DNA from: Paramoeba atlantica
Taxonomy: Eukaryota > Protista > Discosea
Direction of reading: 5' to 3'
Length of the DNA stretch: 64,000 nt
NCBI GenBank assembly: GCA_977017575.1
Contig: CDRNVI010000156.1
Coordinates: 186,001 to 250,000, forward strand
In this document: piece by piece, positions 1 to 12,205 of the stretch
Numbering within the stretch: position 1 is the first letter of the stretch
How the letters are laid out: the number at the start of each line of letters is the position of its first letter
Program-made: the position numbers and the translations under genes
The notes under the pieces: generated by a model
Database searches by the model: none
What the model was told of the DNA's origin: nothing
Seen by the model: the letters and a program-made list of their open reading frames with translations, nothing else

Positions 1-140
1 TTCAGGAATTCAATGACACTCTGTTAGTCGCTTATTTAGCCGCTCTGACAAAAGGAGCAGCTTATGTTGATGACCTTGCTTCGAAGTTTAACAAAGCAAA
101 TGAGTCAAAAAGAAAGAGACCTCGAGGGATGTTTGTCTGA
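1..140 (+). CDS. COPS6: 3' end of COP9 signalosome subunit 6-like gene (partial)
   Basis: Frame reads QEFNDTLLVAYLAALTKGAAYVDDLASKFNKANESKRKRPRGMFV*, matching the CSN6 C-terminus pattern NDxxLxAYLxxxTK...KFN...RxRGxF. Confidence 0.7.
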   Translation, partial: QEFNDTLLVAYLAALTKGAAYVDDLASKFNKANESKRKRPRGMFV

Positions 141-349
141 ATGAAAACAATAAATTATTTCAAATTCGAAAATAATGCATTTGGAGGTGGATTACATAAA
201 ATTGAGATATTTCAAATCCCTCAAAAGTTGAAGTTGTTTTTTTTTTGAAACTGACCATTTTTCTCACAAACACACAGTCTTGAGTCCATCTCGGACTGTG
301 TGTCCCAGACTGCCAATTCTATTTTTTCACATAATTTTCTTCTGGTGAT

Positions 350-1913
350 TTACATTTCTTCATAAGAAATATCAAGGTCTGAGTCGTCCAGAGAGATAGA
401 ACTACCACAATCCTCTGCCATTCGATCAAAAGCTGTGTCTCGATAATGTGTCAGAATCATCCTTGATCGAGATTTTTTGGGCAGTCTAAATTTGATTAAA
501 TATGAGGAAACTTGTTCGTTTTGATTCAAAAATCACAACAAACCTCCATTGAAAGAAAACCATGAGACCAATCGGTAACATTTCGCAGAAGGTATAAAAA
601 ATTACATAGTAATGCCACCTCACGTAATCAACAAAAGTCGAAGTCGCAGTCAACCCACTCTCGCCACGACCAAAGTCAATCTTCAAAAAAAAAAATAAGT
701 AAAAAATCTTCAAAGATATTATTTTTTGAAGTCACAAACTTGAATTAAGAGAAGGATCGCTCTTGCCAACATCATAAACGTTACAATTGTTGCCATCAAA
801 CTTAACTAATGAAAAATGGGTGAACAAAAATAATAATAAAATTCACAAACGAAAAATCAGACTTTCTTTGATTTTTCATGAAGAGGTTTGTCGAGAACTA
901 ACAGAATTGGACTTTGGGTATCTGCCGAAGGGATTGATCTTGTCATCTTGTGGAGAAAGAAACCAACCAAAAAAAATGCAATCCCCTCGAAGACCTGGAG
1001 AAAAGGGAAAATGAATTTTCCTTTAAATTGATTTTTGAAAAAAAAAAAAACCAACCATTATCAATCCTAAGATGAGGAAGAAAGAGGAGTGATATTGAGG
1101 GTACTGAAATCAAAAAATCATCAGACAAAAGAGAAGGGGATGTGAAGACAGAGAATGAATCTTACGCTTGAAGTTTGATAGATAAAGAAGGCGCATAAAA
1201 ACAAATTGAGGTTAATTAAGACTAATGACCCAATCTGCAAAAAGGTGAGAAAAAACGAGTCGACTCGAAAAAAAAATGATTACAAAGAGACAACAATCTT
1301 CAAGATAAAAAGTCACTTCAGAAGCAAATTTAGAATTATCATTTCCGGTCTTCATGTGACTAGAAGAAAAAGTGAGTTGGGAGGCCTCTGTTGAGAGGGG
1401 AGAAGAGAACAGAAAACAAAACTAGTAAAAGGAAGCCCAGAAAACAAGAATAATTCCATATACTTGTGCAAACAAAATTGAACAAGTTTGTGAGATTGCT
1501 TGATTTGCATATCGAACGACTGACAAGGTAATCAGGTGTCACAATTTGAACTGAAAAAAAAAAATTCAGAAATGAAGAGGAGAACCTCGAGTGACATTAT
1601 CTGTATCCCAAAAGACGATGTAGAGCGTGACTTGAAGTAAACGAAGAAGACAGATAATCAAGGCAAACTACCGAAAAAGTAAGTGAGCCTCTCACTTTAC
1701 TTTGACTCAAAAAAAAAGGAAGAAAATCCAACAAACCAGAAAAAAAGATCTTTGGTAAGTGTTCTTTTTTCTTCTTGTCATGGCTTCATAAAATTGATAA
1801 GAGCACACAATCGAAAGAAAAAAATACATAACATCGATATAAATGAAGGAGTATGTCCAAGCAGGACCCCAGTAACAACAAGAGGGATCCCCTTTTGACT
1901 CGGGGTCCGTCAT
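350..1913 (-). CDS. Multi-exon 7TM membrane protein, TOM1/THH1/GPR137-like (paralogue 1)
   Basis: N-term MTDPESKGDPSCCYWG; hydrophobic exons; late exon YYVIFYTFCEMLPIGLMVFFQWR; last exon RLPKKSR...YEEM* with stop at 350-352. Homologous to the two + strand copies. Confidence 0.6.
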
Positions 1914-2135
1914 TGTACTTTGCCTTCTTCTTTTTTGCCGAAAGCCTTCTTCTCACTTTGCCAAACCGCAGAAACAAAAAAACAAAAAAAAATTGTCGAT
2001 GACATCATCATTTTTGTTGAGGAGCACAATTTGATTTGAAAAACATGAATCGAAAACAATCAAGTTCGTCTCTGGCATGCCAGCTCAGCAAGTTTTTTTT
2101 TTCGTTTTTTGTGTTTTTGGTGATGCGCCAGAAAG

Positions 2136-3684
2136 ATGGTTGATTCGGTTGATTCAGTCGATTCTGGTTCTGATTCTGTTGATTCTGATTCAGTTGGTCA
2201 TGATTGGCCCAGCTGTTGTTACTGGCGTGGGATTTGGGAAGTCGTCTGTATTATCTTGCTTTTCACTTATTTATTCTTCTTTGTGTTTAATTTCTATTGT
2301 TTATGGAGGCTGGCGCAGCGAGCTGGGGAAGGACGATTTCGATGTAAAAAGTTTTTCCATCGAGTTTGAAGATTTTTTTTTGTTTTTATCTCTAACATTT
2401 AATGCTTGTTTTTTTTTCTTAAAATTTCTCCAAAATAGTCTTCGATCTCTCTGACCAGTGTCCGAATGCTTCAAATGATTTTTTTGATTCTTGGAGACTC
2501 AGTGTGGCCTCATCAAACATGTTTCAGAATTTCCTTCTTTTACCTTTCTCTTTTTTAAAATTAATTTCTCTTTTTCGAAAAGACTTGTATTACATTGCCC
2601 AATTAATCACCTACATGGGTGCAAATCTTTTTGTGCTGGTCTATGGTGCCATGGTGGCTTATTGGGCTACTTTTTATCTGTTTTGTTGCTCTCTTTTTGT
2701 GACTTCTATCTTGGAAAGAAACTAAAATTCTTGGAACAGCCAAACAAAATATGGAGATTATTTTTCAACAACAAAATATAATGAACGTCTTCAAATCGCC
2801 ATTCTTGGAACAGAGGTTCTTTTTTATTTTCTCTCCCTCCCTTTGATTGTGCTGTTCAAACTCTCAATAATTGTGTAGATATTCTTTTTGTCAATCATTC
2901 TCCTCGAATCTGCTCTTCTCTGTTATATGAAATTGGTTCAAAACAAAGCCCTTCTTGTGGTAATCCCTTTCCTCTTCTTCACTTCCATTATTTTGGTTGG
3001 TTCTTTTCTCTATGATTAATTGCTCCCTTCGTCTTCTTAATTTAAAATGACCTCTTTTTCTCAGCTCCTGGAAGGAATCGCATTTGCTGTTGTCGGAATT
3101 CTCCTTTATTTAACTCTCCAAGATCCGGGAAACCCGATCAACTTCAACCATGCTTTCAGCAACAAATCCTTTCAAGTTTCTCATTTTCTTTTTTTGCTTT
3201 TTGCTTTTTGCTTTTTTTTGAACTTGTTTTATTTTCTCAAATTTTTTTGCAAAAAAGATTGTCGTAATTGCACTTATCCTCTTTCTTGTGATGTTTCTTC
3301 GAGCTATTTTTCTGATTGGGGAGTCAATTGCAGCCATGAACTCAAATCTGGGAGAGATTTATTCAGAGAGGCCATATGATGTAAATGATTCAGATCATAT
3401 GTTTATGGGAGAGGACCTGACCTGGTGGTTTTACTTGTTGTACTATCTTCTGGGTGAATGCTTTCCTTTGGGTCTCATGACTTTTTTCCAATCAAGGTCT
3501 GTCGTCAGGGTGAGATTGATTTGACACAATCGTTTTGAGATCTCATATTTTTGCTCACAGGCTCCCGAAATCCAAGAAATCCACTTATGAGCTCGGAGGT
3601 CCTTTTCGATCAACTATCAATTTTGAAGAAGAAGAAACATTGCAACTTCGTCCAGCTCCAGAAAGTGAATCTGATTATGACTGA
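2136..3684 (+). CDS. 7TM membrane protein, TOM1/THH1/GPR137-like (paralogue 2)
   Basis: DWPSCCYW...CKKFFH, GANLFVLVYGAMVAYWATFY, WWFYLLYYLLGECFPLGLMTFFQSR; last exon RLPKSKK...SDYD*. Confidence 0.65.
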
Positions 3685-4022
3685 AACACAGAAAAGCATT
3701 GTTTGAGACAAAAAGATTGTCTCTTAAACTTCGTGTTTCTTTTTAATCTTTCCAATGGTCTTCAATATTTCTTCTCAAAAGTGCAGGTTGGTTGCGCCCT
3801 TTGGGAAATTGAAGACACCGCTCGCCGGGATAAGATTCAAAGAAATATCAAACGACACCAACATGAATGGTTTTTTTGAAAGGGCAATGACTTTTTTTAG
3901 CTTCCAAAAAAAGAATCAGAAAAATGAAAATAAAATCAAAAACACCCCCCTTTTCATTCCGCGTTTTGCGTTTTCGTTTTTGCTTTTCTTTTTGGTTCGC
4001 AAATGAGCCGTGAAGCTTGCTC

Positions 4023-5585
4023 ATGACTCTGGATTCTGATTCAAATGGCTGGCCTGATTGTTGTTATTGGAACAGATTCTGGGAAATCACTTGCTCAATC
4101 TTGTTGACAGTCTATCTTCTCTTTTTGGGATTTAATATGTATTGTTTGTGGCGGTTGAGAGGGACTGAAGGGAAGTTTCACTGTAAGAAGTTTTTTCATC
4201 AAGTTTGTTTTTTGTGTTTCACTTTGACCCAACTTTTGCTTTCTCAACTTTTCTGTTTGGCAGTCATCTGGTATATTGACAAGTGTTCGTGCCATTCAAC
4301 TTCTCTTTTTGATTTTGGGAAACGCTGTGTGGCCACACACACCCGGTTCTTTCTATTTGAAGAGAGAGATTTATCCTTCTCCTCACTTGTCTAACTTTCT
4401 TTTTTTTTTGTGAACAGGGGTGTATTACTTCTCTCAATTACTTACTTTTATCGGTGGAAATCTCTTTGCTTTAGTTTACAGTGCAGTGATCGCTTTTTGG
4501 GTGACATTTTATGTGTATCTTCTCCTCTCTTTCTTGCGTTTGAGAACGAAACAAATCTGAATTGATTTTTTTCAGGCAAACAAAATTTGGAGATTATTTT
4601 TCAACAACAAAGTACAACCATCGGCTTCAAACATACATTACTGCAACAGAGGTTCTTTGATCTTTATTTGTTTTGAAATGAATTTTTGAGGAATCTTATC
4701 GAAGACCACAACAGATTTTCTTTTTGGTGATTGTCATTTTAGAAAGTTTCTTCATGGTGTACACCAAAGCGATTGTCAAACATTCATTTATGTTTGTAGT
4801 GGTCACTTTCTTATTCTTCAATGCTCTCCTCTTGGTTTGTTTTATCCTAAAATCTAGCTGTTCTTGCTGCATTTTTACTCACCCATCCATTTTGATCATT
4901 TGAAGTTACTGGAAGGGATCGCTTTCTTTATTATTGGTTTTCTCCTCTATTATTCTCTAAGAGATCCCACCAATCCTCTGCATTTTCAAATGACACTTAG
5001 CAGCAGAGCCCTTCAAGTTCTCATCTCTTTTTTTTTTTGCTCACTGATCAAAAATCTCACTTTTCACACTCCCCCAAAAAGATTGTTGTTTTCGCTCTTT
5101 TCCTTTTTGTTGTGATGTTTACAAGAGCGATTCTCAATACCATTGAAGTCTTTAGTATCACCCAAGGATTTCAAGGAGGTTTTTATTATCCTTCAAAAAC
5201 CTCTTTCTAATTTTCAAAATCTGTTTTTACTCACCCAAAAACAATTAATTTTGTGCTAGATTTTCATCAACCATATGATAAAAGACCATCTTCTCCGGAA
5301 GACTCTGATCAGATGTTTATGGGAGAAGATTTTTCGTGGTGGTTTTACCTTCTTTATTATTTTTGGGGAGAATGTTTTCCATTGGGTCTGATGACCCTCT
5401 TTCAATCAAGGTTCGATCAATTTTTTTTCCCATCAGCTTCTGATGATTGATGATGGTTCTCCCAAACCAGACTCCCAAAATCCAAAAACTCGGTCATCCA
5501 TTGGAGTTCTCAAATTGAACCAACTGATGAAACAATCCAACTTCGCCCAACAGCAGACGGGAATGACTCTTATGACGAAGATTAA
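4023..5585 (+). CDS. 7TM membrane protein, TOM1/THH1/GPR137-like (paralogue 3)
   Basis: GWPDCCYW...CKKFFH, WWFYLLYYFWGECFPLGLMTLFQSR; last exon RLPKSKN...YDED*; similar exon layout to paralogue 2. Confidence 0.65.
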
Positions 5586-5713
5586 ATTTATTCGTTTTGA
5601 GAAGAACTTTTTTCAAACAGAATTTTGAACTCACGAAAGGTGAGGGGCAAAAGGATTCTGGTTTGTTTAAAAAATTAAATTGATTGAAATCGAATCTGCC
5701 TTCCAAAAAGTTT

Positions 5714-7908
5714 TCAGACTACTTGCCCAATTTCGTCTCCGTCAGGATCAAAAAGTCCTTTCAGTGTGGTCAGAGAGGAAAATGCAGAAGAAGGTCTTTT
5801 GGAGAAAGATGATGCAGTTTCTGGCTGGGATTGATGTTGCAAGAGAATTTGAACAGGAAATACAGATGAATATTCTCCACAATCAAAATTACATTCAAAT
5901 GAAAGAGAAAGATGCGAATGAGCTGACCAATCTGTTGCTGAAAAGTAAACGCGAATAAGAGCATTATCTGCATCAACTATTTGGGTTCGAGTTGATGGTG
6001 ATCCTTCTAAAGTTCCGTCATCTGATGATGCAGAACTTTTTATCGCCGAATTTCGTTGCAACTGATACTTGATCCAGGGTACTTTAAGAATCTGGAGAGA
6101 AATAAGAAGAAAGATTTTTAGTCAACTATTTTTTGAGAAAAAAATTAAGAAGAAAAAAGGGTGAAAAAAACCTGAGTTTTCACGAGGTCTGGAACTTGAA
6201 GATGTTGTTCAATTTGGAGGGATTTAAGAGAGACAGTGACTGATGCCTCTCTCAGATTTGTCACTCTCAATTGCAATTCCATTGCCTCATCTTGAAAAAC
6301 ATTTGAATAAAAATTGGAAAAAGATTGAAAAAGAAAGCAAACCCGTCCCAGCACTCGTTCTTTCCCATTTGGCAACAGAGAATACCGGAATAAAATAACA
6401 GGCCTTTCAACAAAAGAAATGAACAAAAAATAATGAAAACACTTTCTTCTTGAAAAATTTTGGCACTTACACAATGTTGCCTCTGAAATTCGAGGGAATT
6501 TAAAGTTGGTTTCACAATAACTTTGTCACATGTTCCACACCTTTTTGATCTTCTTGATCGCAGTGTCTGATAAAATGAACAAAAATGAGAAAAAAAAAAG
6601 GAAAAAAAGTCAAATTTCTCTCAAACAAAACCTTTCGGTGAAGTGGAATTTCGCTTAACTTCATAACCCCATTTTCAATGGCTATTTCTTCTCTACAAAG
6701 AGAAAGAATTTGTTGTCTATCATCGTGAACCCCAGGTGGAAGAGGATCCTCTAAAAAGAAATGAACTCAATTCTTTTCTGGGAAAAAAGACAACAAAAAA
6801 ATATTAAAAAAAAGGTTGATTCAAACCTTCAGAAGGGAAAGAGTTGATTCCCTCAAGATGCTTCCCTCTCGTCACAGATTTCGATTTGAAGAGACTCTCA
6901 TCTTGGAGTATTTTTTTCGAATTTTCGAGATGAGCAAGAGCTGGAGGTAATTCTTCTGGATCTAAAGATGTGTGTGGCCAAGAAAGTTCAATTTTTTTAA
7001 GAAATAAATAGAAATTCTTTGAAAAGTGAGAAGAACCTTCTTTTGCGATCAGGCGACTTGAAAAAGAAGATGACAAACTCGTTTGTAAAGTTGCCCCACT
7101 CCCAGAAGCAAGGGGATGAACAAATGATGGAACAAGAGGTTTAGAACTACTCTTTGAAGTACTAGAAAATGGAGGATCTAAGAGATCTGATTGTTCGTGC
7201 ATCTCTTCTATAATCCCAGAAATGACATTTTGTGCTTTATCCATTTCTTTCTCTCGAAGAACATTTCTCAAAGCAACATCCTCAGGACTCAATGCATATC
7301 CACAAGGTTCTTGCTTTGTTTCTTCTTCTTTTGGTTTTGTTGTTGTCTCTATTGAAAGAAGAGGCTGATCGTCTAAAAGAGAAACCCCCTCTTCAAGAGA
7401 ACTCTTTCCTTTCAGAAAAGGAGGAAGAGGGTCAACCATCACTTGAACATCTCTGAGAGCTGACAAAGAGTTCCATCGACAGAGAGGACATTTGAGATAG
7501 ACTCGGTCATCTCCAAGAGATTGAGAATAGGTCAGTTGGGATTGGCATCTGGGGCACTCAAAACATTTTGAACAACTTTTGTTTGTTTTGTTTGTTTTTA
7601 GAGGAGGAGGAGAGAAAGAAGAGAGAAAGCAAACCACAAACCGATTTTTTTGTTTCGTTGCTGTCGAACTTGTAATATTTTCAAGACAACCAGGACAAAA
7701 ATAAGAGTCAACTTCTTCTCGAATACAAAAGCTTTAAAAAAAAAAGCATCAACAAAGAAGAGAAAGAAAAGTTTGAGGGAGAAGAGAAAAGAAAAAACCG
7801 GCATTTCAGACTCGAACAAGAAACACAGAAATAAAGGTTCCATTGTGGTTGAAGATGCCCACACTCACACCCAACCAGAATCTCTGCTCTTCCCGTTCTC
7901 CTCCTCAT
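5714..7908 (-). CDS. DCTN4: Dynactin subunit 4 (p62)
   Basis: Spliced N-terminus LYFCVSCSSLKCRFCIREEVDSYFCPGCLENI...KNRCSKCFECPRC...YLKCPLCRW matches the p62 Cys-rich region; C-terminal beta-rich exons at 5714-6500. Confidence 0.85.
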
Positions 7909-7978
7909 CTTTCTTTTTTCACTCTCTCTTCCTCTCTTCAACCCCTCTCTCTCACAAAAGGAAACGAAAACCGCCAAA

Positions 7979-8670
7979 TTTGGTTCGGAAAAAAAAAGAC
8001 TTTCTCTTTCTTTCTTTCTTCTTCTTTGCTTCTGGAAAATTGATAAAAGGGGGGAAGAGGACCCCAAACAACCTCCATCAAAGAGATGGAACATGAGAAG
8101 ATAATTGTAAGAGGAGGAGGAAAGTCACTATCAGCCAAATATACAGAGCCACACCTGAAAACAGTTGATGGTATTTATATCAAAGAAGATTCTCTTCAAG
8201 GGAACAGACATTGGTTTTCTCGTATTCACCCTGATGGGAGAAAATGGGAAGGGAGAATCTTCTTTGAAAGTGGTTCTTTTCTTTTATGTATTTCATTTTC
8301 TCTCTCGTGATTCCTGTTGGATTGATCGGAATCTAGGTTGGAAGATCAATTTCAAGGATCACTTTGGTGGCTGGACTTTCAGCCAAAAAGAAGATTCTCC
8401 ACAAAACAAATACCCTCCTCTTGGCAAATGGAAAGAATCTCGCTCAATAGGAGGTGATCACCCAGAGGATATTGATTACTCTGATATCTATCTTGACACA
8501 GAGGTTTGCATTTTGGTTTGTTTGCTTTGAGAGTGGTGTTTTTGGTTGTTTTGATGACTTCATTTGCAGGATTGTTTCGTGAAACCAGCAAAAAGAGAGA
8601 AATGAGGAAAAAGAATAAAAAGAAATTAAAATTTTGGTTCTGTGGATTGAATCTATTTGTCATCCTCAAC
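7979..8670 (+). repeat. Direct duplication, left copy (~690 bp)
   Basis: Aligns with 15659-16349 from TTTGGTTCGGAAAAAAAAAGAC to GTCATC(C/A)TCAAC; roughly 90-95% identical by eye. Confidence 0.95.
8086..8605 (+). CDS. Small hypothetical protein, 3 exons, copy A
   Basis: MEHEKIIVRGGG...VDGIY...WKINF...YPPLGKW...DTE|DCFVKPAKREK*; frame conserved with copy B, with many synonymous differences. Confidence 0.7.
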
Positions 8671-10094
8671 CACCCCTCTCAAAAGGAAACAATAGGAAAA
8701 GAAAACCGCAGAAGAATGTTGGTCGGAAGAGTGCCTGGACAAGACATGACATTCTCCATGGTGAAGTTGCTCTTGATATTGCATATGCCTTGGCCAATCG
8801 CCAGACTTTTGCCCCTTCTGGACTGCAGGAGCGAGTTGATCTCAGCAATGTTATTAAAAACCATGCATTTGATCTCTTTAAACGACATTCTCCTCTTTCA
8901 CCCCCTTCACTACTACCACCACCACTCTTATCATTTTCACATTCTTTCGAGAAAGTAAAAGATCTCTTTAAAAATTTGTTAGCTGCTATTCCAACAAATT
9001 GGGAGGTTTTTTTTTTTTTTTTAATTCTCTCAAAAAAAAAACTTAAAAAAAAAACTTTCAATAGAAACAGCTTCAAGAGAATTTTCATCACTTTTTATCA
9101 GTAAATCTCCGTGAACAAAAAAATGATTTGGAACAAAAAACCACCCTTTTTGATCGAGTTCCAGAGGGCGAAAGTATCAAACTTCCTTTGTACCCACGAA
9201 CACGAGCAATGCGCCTTTTCTATTCTGGGTTTATCTCAAAGGTCCAATTTTGGTCTTGCAAAACAGAAGTTGGTTACTTTCAGATTGTTTTTTCAGTTCA
9301 CCCAACTGTTCGCTCAACCCCCTGTCATTATGCAATGGTGATTCTCAGAAAAGATCAAATTGAACAAGGTGAATGTACGGTGTGAGATTTTTCATTTTTT
9401 TTTTTTTTAAAAAAAATATTGAATTAAATATTGATTCATTTTGATTTTTGTTTTTTAGTGCGAAATTGGACAAAGCAAAAATTGCTCTCATGGTGAAGCT
9501 GGGATTTTAGCTCTGCAAGCTGTTAAAGATGGTGTTTTGCCAATGGTGTGGGAGAAGAGTCAATCAGCGAGTGTTGTTGATAAGAGCACAGAAGTGATTC
9601 CATTTCTTATGTTGTTGCAGAAGAATCAAAAAATGGCACAAAAATTCTTTTGTCCTTTCTGCCCAAGAACATTTCAGGATCGTAAATCCGGTTTGTTGCC
9701 TCATCTCAAGGAGAATCATCATCAAAATGGAGAAGAAGACGAAGCTGAATTTTCGGAGTTGCGATTATCGAGCAGCAAACTTCTTGCATATGGGCTGGCA
9801 TTCCATCCTCTTCATGTTTCACCTGTTCTTTTCATCTCTGAAGATGCTGCTTTGAACAAAGTGGTTAAAAAAAAAAAAAAAGTGAACAAAAAAGAAAAAG
9901 AGAAGAGGAGAGGGGAGGAAAAAGAGGAAGAAGAAAAGGGAGGTAGTGAAGAAAATCTACCAGAAGAGACAAAGAAGAGAAAAAAGGGTCCACTGCAGTG
10001 TCCGCATTGTTCGGTTGGTTTTTCTTATCAGAAATGTTTTTTAAAGCATTGTGATAAATGTGGAAAACAATCAAGCAAAAAATTTGCAAAATAA
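8634..10094 (+). CDS. SWIM zinc finger + C2H2-type zinc finger protein (5' end uncertain)
   Basis: Exons joined in frame (donor 9006 WE|LQENF, donor ~9380 ECT|CEIG) give GECTCEIGQSKNCSH (CxC...CxH SWIM), then CPFCPRTF...LPHLKENH and CPHC...KHCDKC. Confidence 0.7.
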
Positions 10095-10163
10095 TAAAAA
10101 AAAATATTTATGAAAAAGGAGACAGAGTTAAGTTAGCCAAGACTTAAATAAGATCTGTTTTTA

Positions 10164-11276
10164 TTAATTTTCATTTTGAACAAAACACTTTCCCTCTTTT
10201 TCCTCCTCTTTTTCCTCCTCTTTTTCCTCCTCTTTTTCCTCTTTTTTTTTTTTTCCATTCTTCTTCTTCTTCCTCCTCCTTTTTTTTTTTGGTGGTTCAT
10301 TTGTTGTAGTTGTGGTTGGAGGTTTTGGGATGGTTCTTTCTTGGAAGAGCTCGCGTTCTAACTCAACTCGAGTAAAATAATGGAGGAGCAGAAAAGATCG
10401 GTGAATTAAAAAGATTCCAACCAAACGTTCACTCTTTGAATCGTTCCATACATCATAGGATCGAGTTCCATGCCATAGGACATCTGTATCCAAAAAGATT
10501 CCATCCCCAGGAAGCCACGGAACAGATTTGTCTGTATCTCCAATCTCCAAAGAACCCTCTCCGTACTTATCACTTTTAATTAAAAACAAGAAAGATATGT
10601 AATCATTCTCATCTTGATGGAGGATGGACGCCCCTTGAGGACACATAAAGAGGTGAAAAAGACCAAACTCTTGGGGATACGGTCGAATTTTCAAAACTTT
10701 CACAACGTCTGGCCGGTATCGAGTCAACTTGGCAGAAGCAGTCTCCCCAAGTTCTACTAGCAGTTCACGAAGTTCTGAGCTCATTCCATTCCTGCCTCCT
10801 TCACCAGCTTTAAAGACTTGATCAATTCCAGCACGATAGTGGGCTTGTTGGTTCCAAAGACCACACCGATAATAGGTTTTTTCTCTGTCTTCTGCCCTTC
10901 TGTCATTCGTCAGCTTTTCCCATCGTTTCTCTGCCATCAACACAGAGGCCAATCTTTCCATTTTTTCCTCTGTAAATATTCCCTTCAGTTTGTGGGCTCG
11001 GTAACAATACTTCCCCTGGGGAGTTTCCACTGGAAACTCCAAATAAGCGTTCGCATTCAAGACTGGATAGCATGACGTTGCTGGCACAGGGGGCACTCGG
11101 TGTCTCGTTCTTTTTGTCGGATTCTCGATACTAAAGGAGATCTTCCTCATTTTTTTTGAGTTTTTTCTCTTTCTCTTTTTTTTTTCGTTTGGAACAGAAA
11201 CTTTCTCCTCTTCTTCCTCTTTCCCTCCCCTCTCCCGAAAACTTTCCTTTCCCTCTTCTTTCGCTCCTTCCAACAT
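10164..11276 (-). CDS. TET/JBP-like 2OG-Fe(II) dioxygenase (cassette 1), intronless
   Basis: HQD (10611-10619)...GEGSLEI...PWLPGDGIFLDTDVLWHG (His ~10470)...ERLVGIFLIH matches the HxD...PGD..F...L.H...R...F.H pattern of fungal/algal TET/JBP proteins. Confidence 0.75.
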   Translation of the reverse strand: MLEGAKEEGKESFRERGGKEEEEEKVSVPNEKKKRKRKNSKKMRKISFSIENPTKRTRHRVPPVPATSCYPVLNANAYLEFPVETPQGKYCYRAHKLKGIFTEEKMERLASVLMAEKRWEKLTNDRRAEDREKTYYRCGLWNQQAHYRAGIDQVFKAGEGGRNGMSSELRELLVELGETASAKLTRYRPDVVKVLKIRPYPQEFGLFHLFMCPQGASILHQDENDYISFLFLIKSDKYGEGSLEIGDTDKSVPWLPGDGIFLDTDVLWHGTRSYDVWNDSKSERLVGIFLIHRSFLLLHYFTRVELERELFQERTIPKPPTTTTTNEPPKKKRRRKKKKNGKKKKEEKEEEKEEEKEEEKEGKCFVQNEN

Positions 11277-11465
11277 TTTTCTTTTCTTTTTCTTTTTTCT
11301 CCTTCTTTCTCTCAAAGGCGACCTGCAACTGCAAATATCAAGCCCAAGAAAATGAATTTGAAAAAAGAAAAGAAAAAGAAAAGGTGGCAGAAACAAAAAG
11401 AAAAGAAGAAAGAAAAAAAAAAGTTGCAAAAAAAAAAACTTTCTTTTTTGTGACTCAAAAATTAG

Positions 11466-12147
11466 CCAAATCAGGTTGTTTCCCTATCGCATGAGGAAAA
11501 AAAAATGCCAAATCAAGTTATTTCCCTATCGCATGAAAAAAAAAAAAGGAAGTTTCTTTTTTGACTTTGAAAGCTCCACAAAAGATCAAAGAAAGTTTTC
11601 AAGTTTTGGGCATTCATGTTGCTTCCAAACCTATCACAAAATGAAACAAATTCACTGTTGTTGAAAGATTGAAATTGAGAGACTTTCTTTTTTACCCAAC
11701 CAAATCAGGTTATTTCCCTATCGCATGAAAAAAAAAAAGGAAATGTCCTTTTTTGACTTTGAAAGCTCCACAAAAGATCAAAGAAAGTTTTCAAGTTTTG
11801 GGCATTCATGTTGCTTCCAAACCTATTACAAAATGAAACAAATTCGCTGTTGTTGAAAGATGGAAATTGAGAGACTTTCTTTTTTACCCAACAAAAACCC
11901 ACCAAATCAGGTTATTTCCCTATCGCATGAAAAAAAAAAAAGGAAGTTTCTTTTTTGACTTTGAAAGCTCCACAAAAGATCAAAGAAAGTTTTCAAGTTT
12001 TGGGCATTCATGTTGCTTCCAAACCTATTACAAAATGAAACAAATTCGCTGTTGTTGAAAGATTGAAATTGAGAGACTTTCTTTTTCACCCAACAAAAAC
12101 CCACCAAATCAGGTTATTTCCCTATCGCATGAAAAAAAAAAGGAAAT
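11466..12147. repeat. Tandem array of ~200-bp units (3 full + 2 partial)
   Basis: Units start with CCAAATCA(G/A)GTT(A/G)TTTCCCTATCGCATGA at 11466, 11508, 11700, 11902 and 12104; the full units are near-identical. Confidence 0.95.
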
Positions 12148-12205
12148 TTTTGTTCTCTTTTGCACTAAAAACTTTTTATTGCTTCAGAAAAAGTTTGACT
12201 CAAAC

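Noticed and set aside
11466-12147. Tandem array as CRISPR or as coding ORFs
   Set aside because: Whole ~200-bp units repeat with no unique spacers, the context is eukaryotic, and the short repeated ORFs are a by-product.
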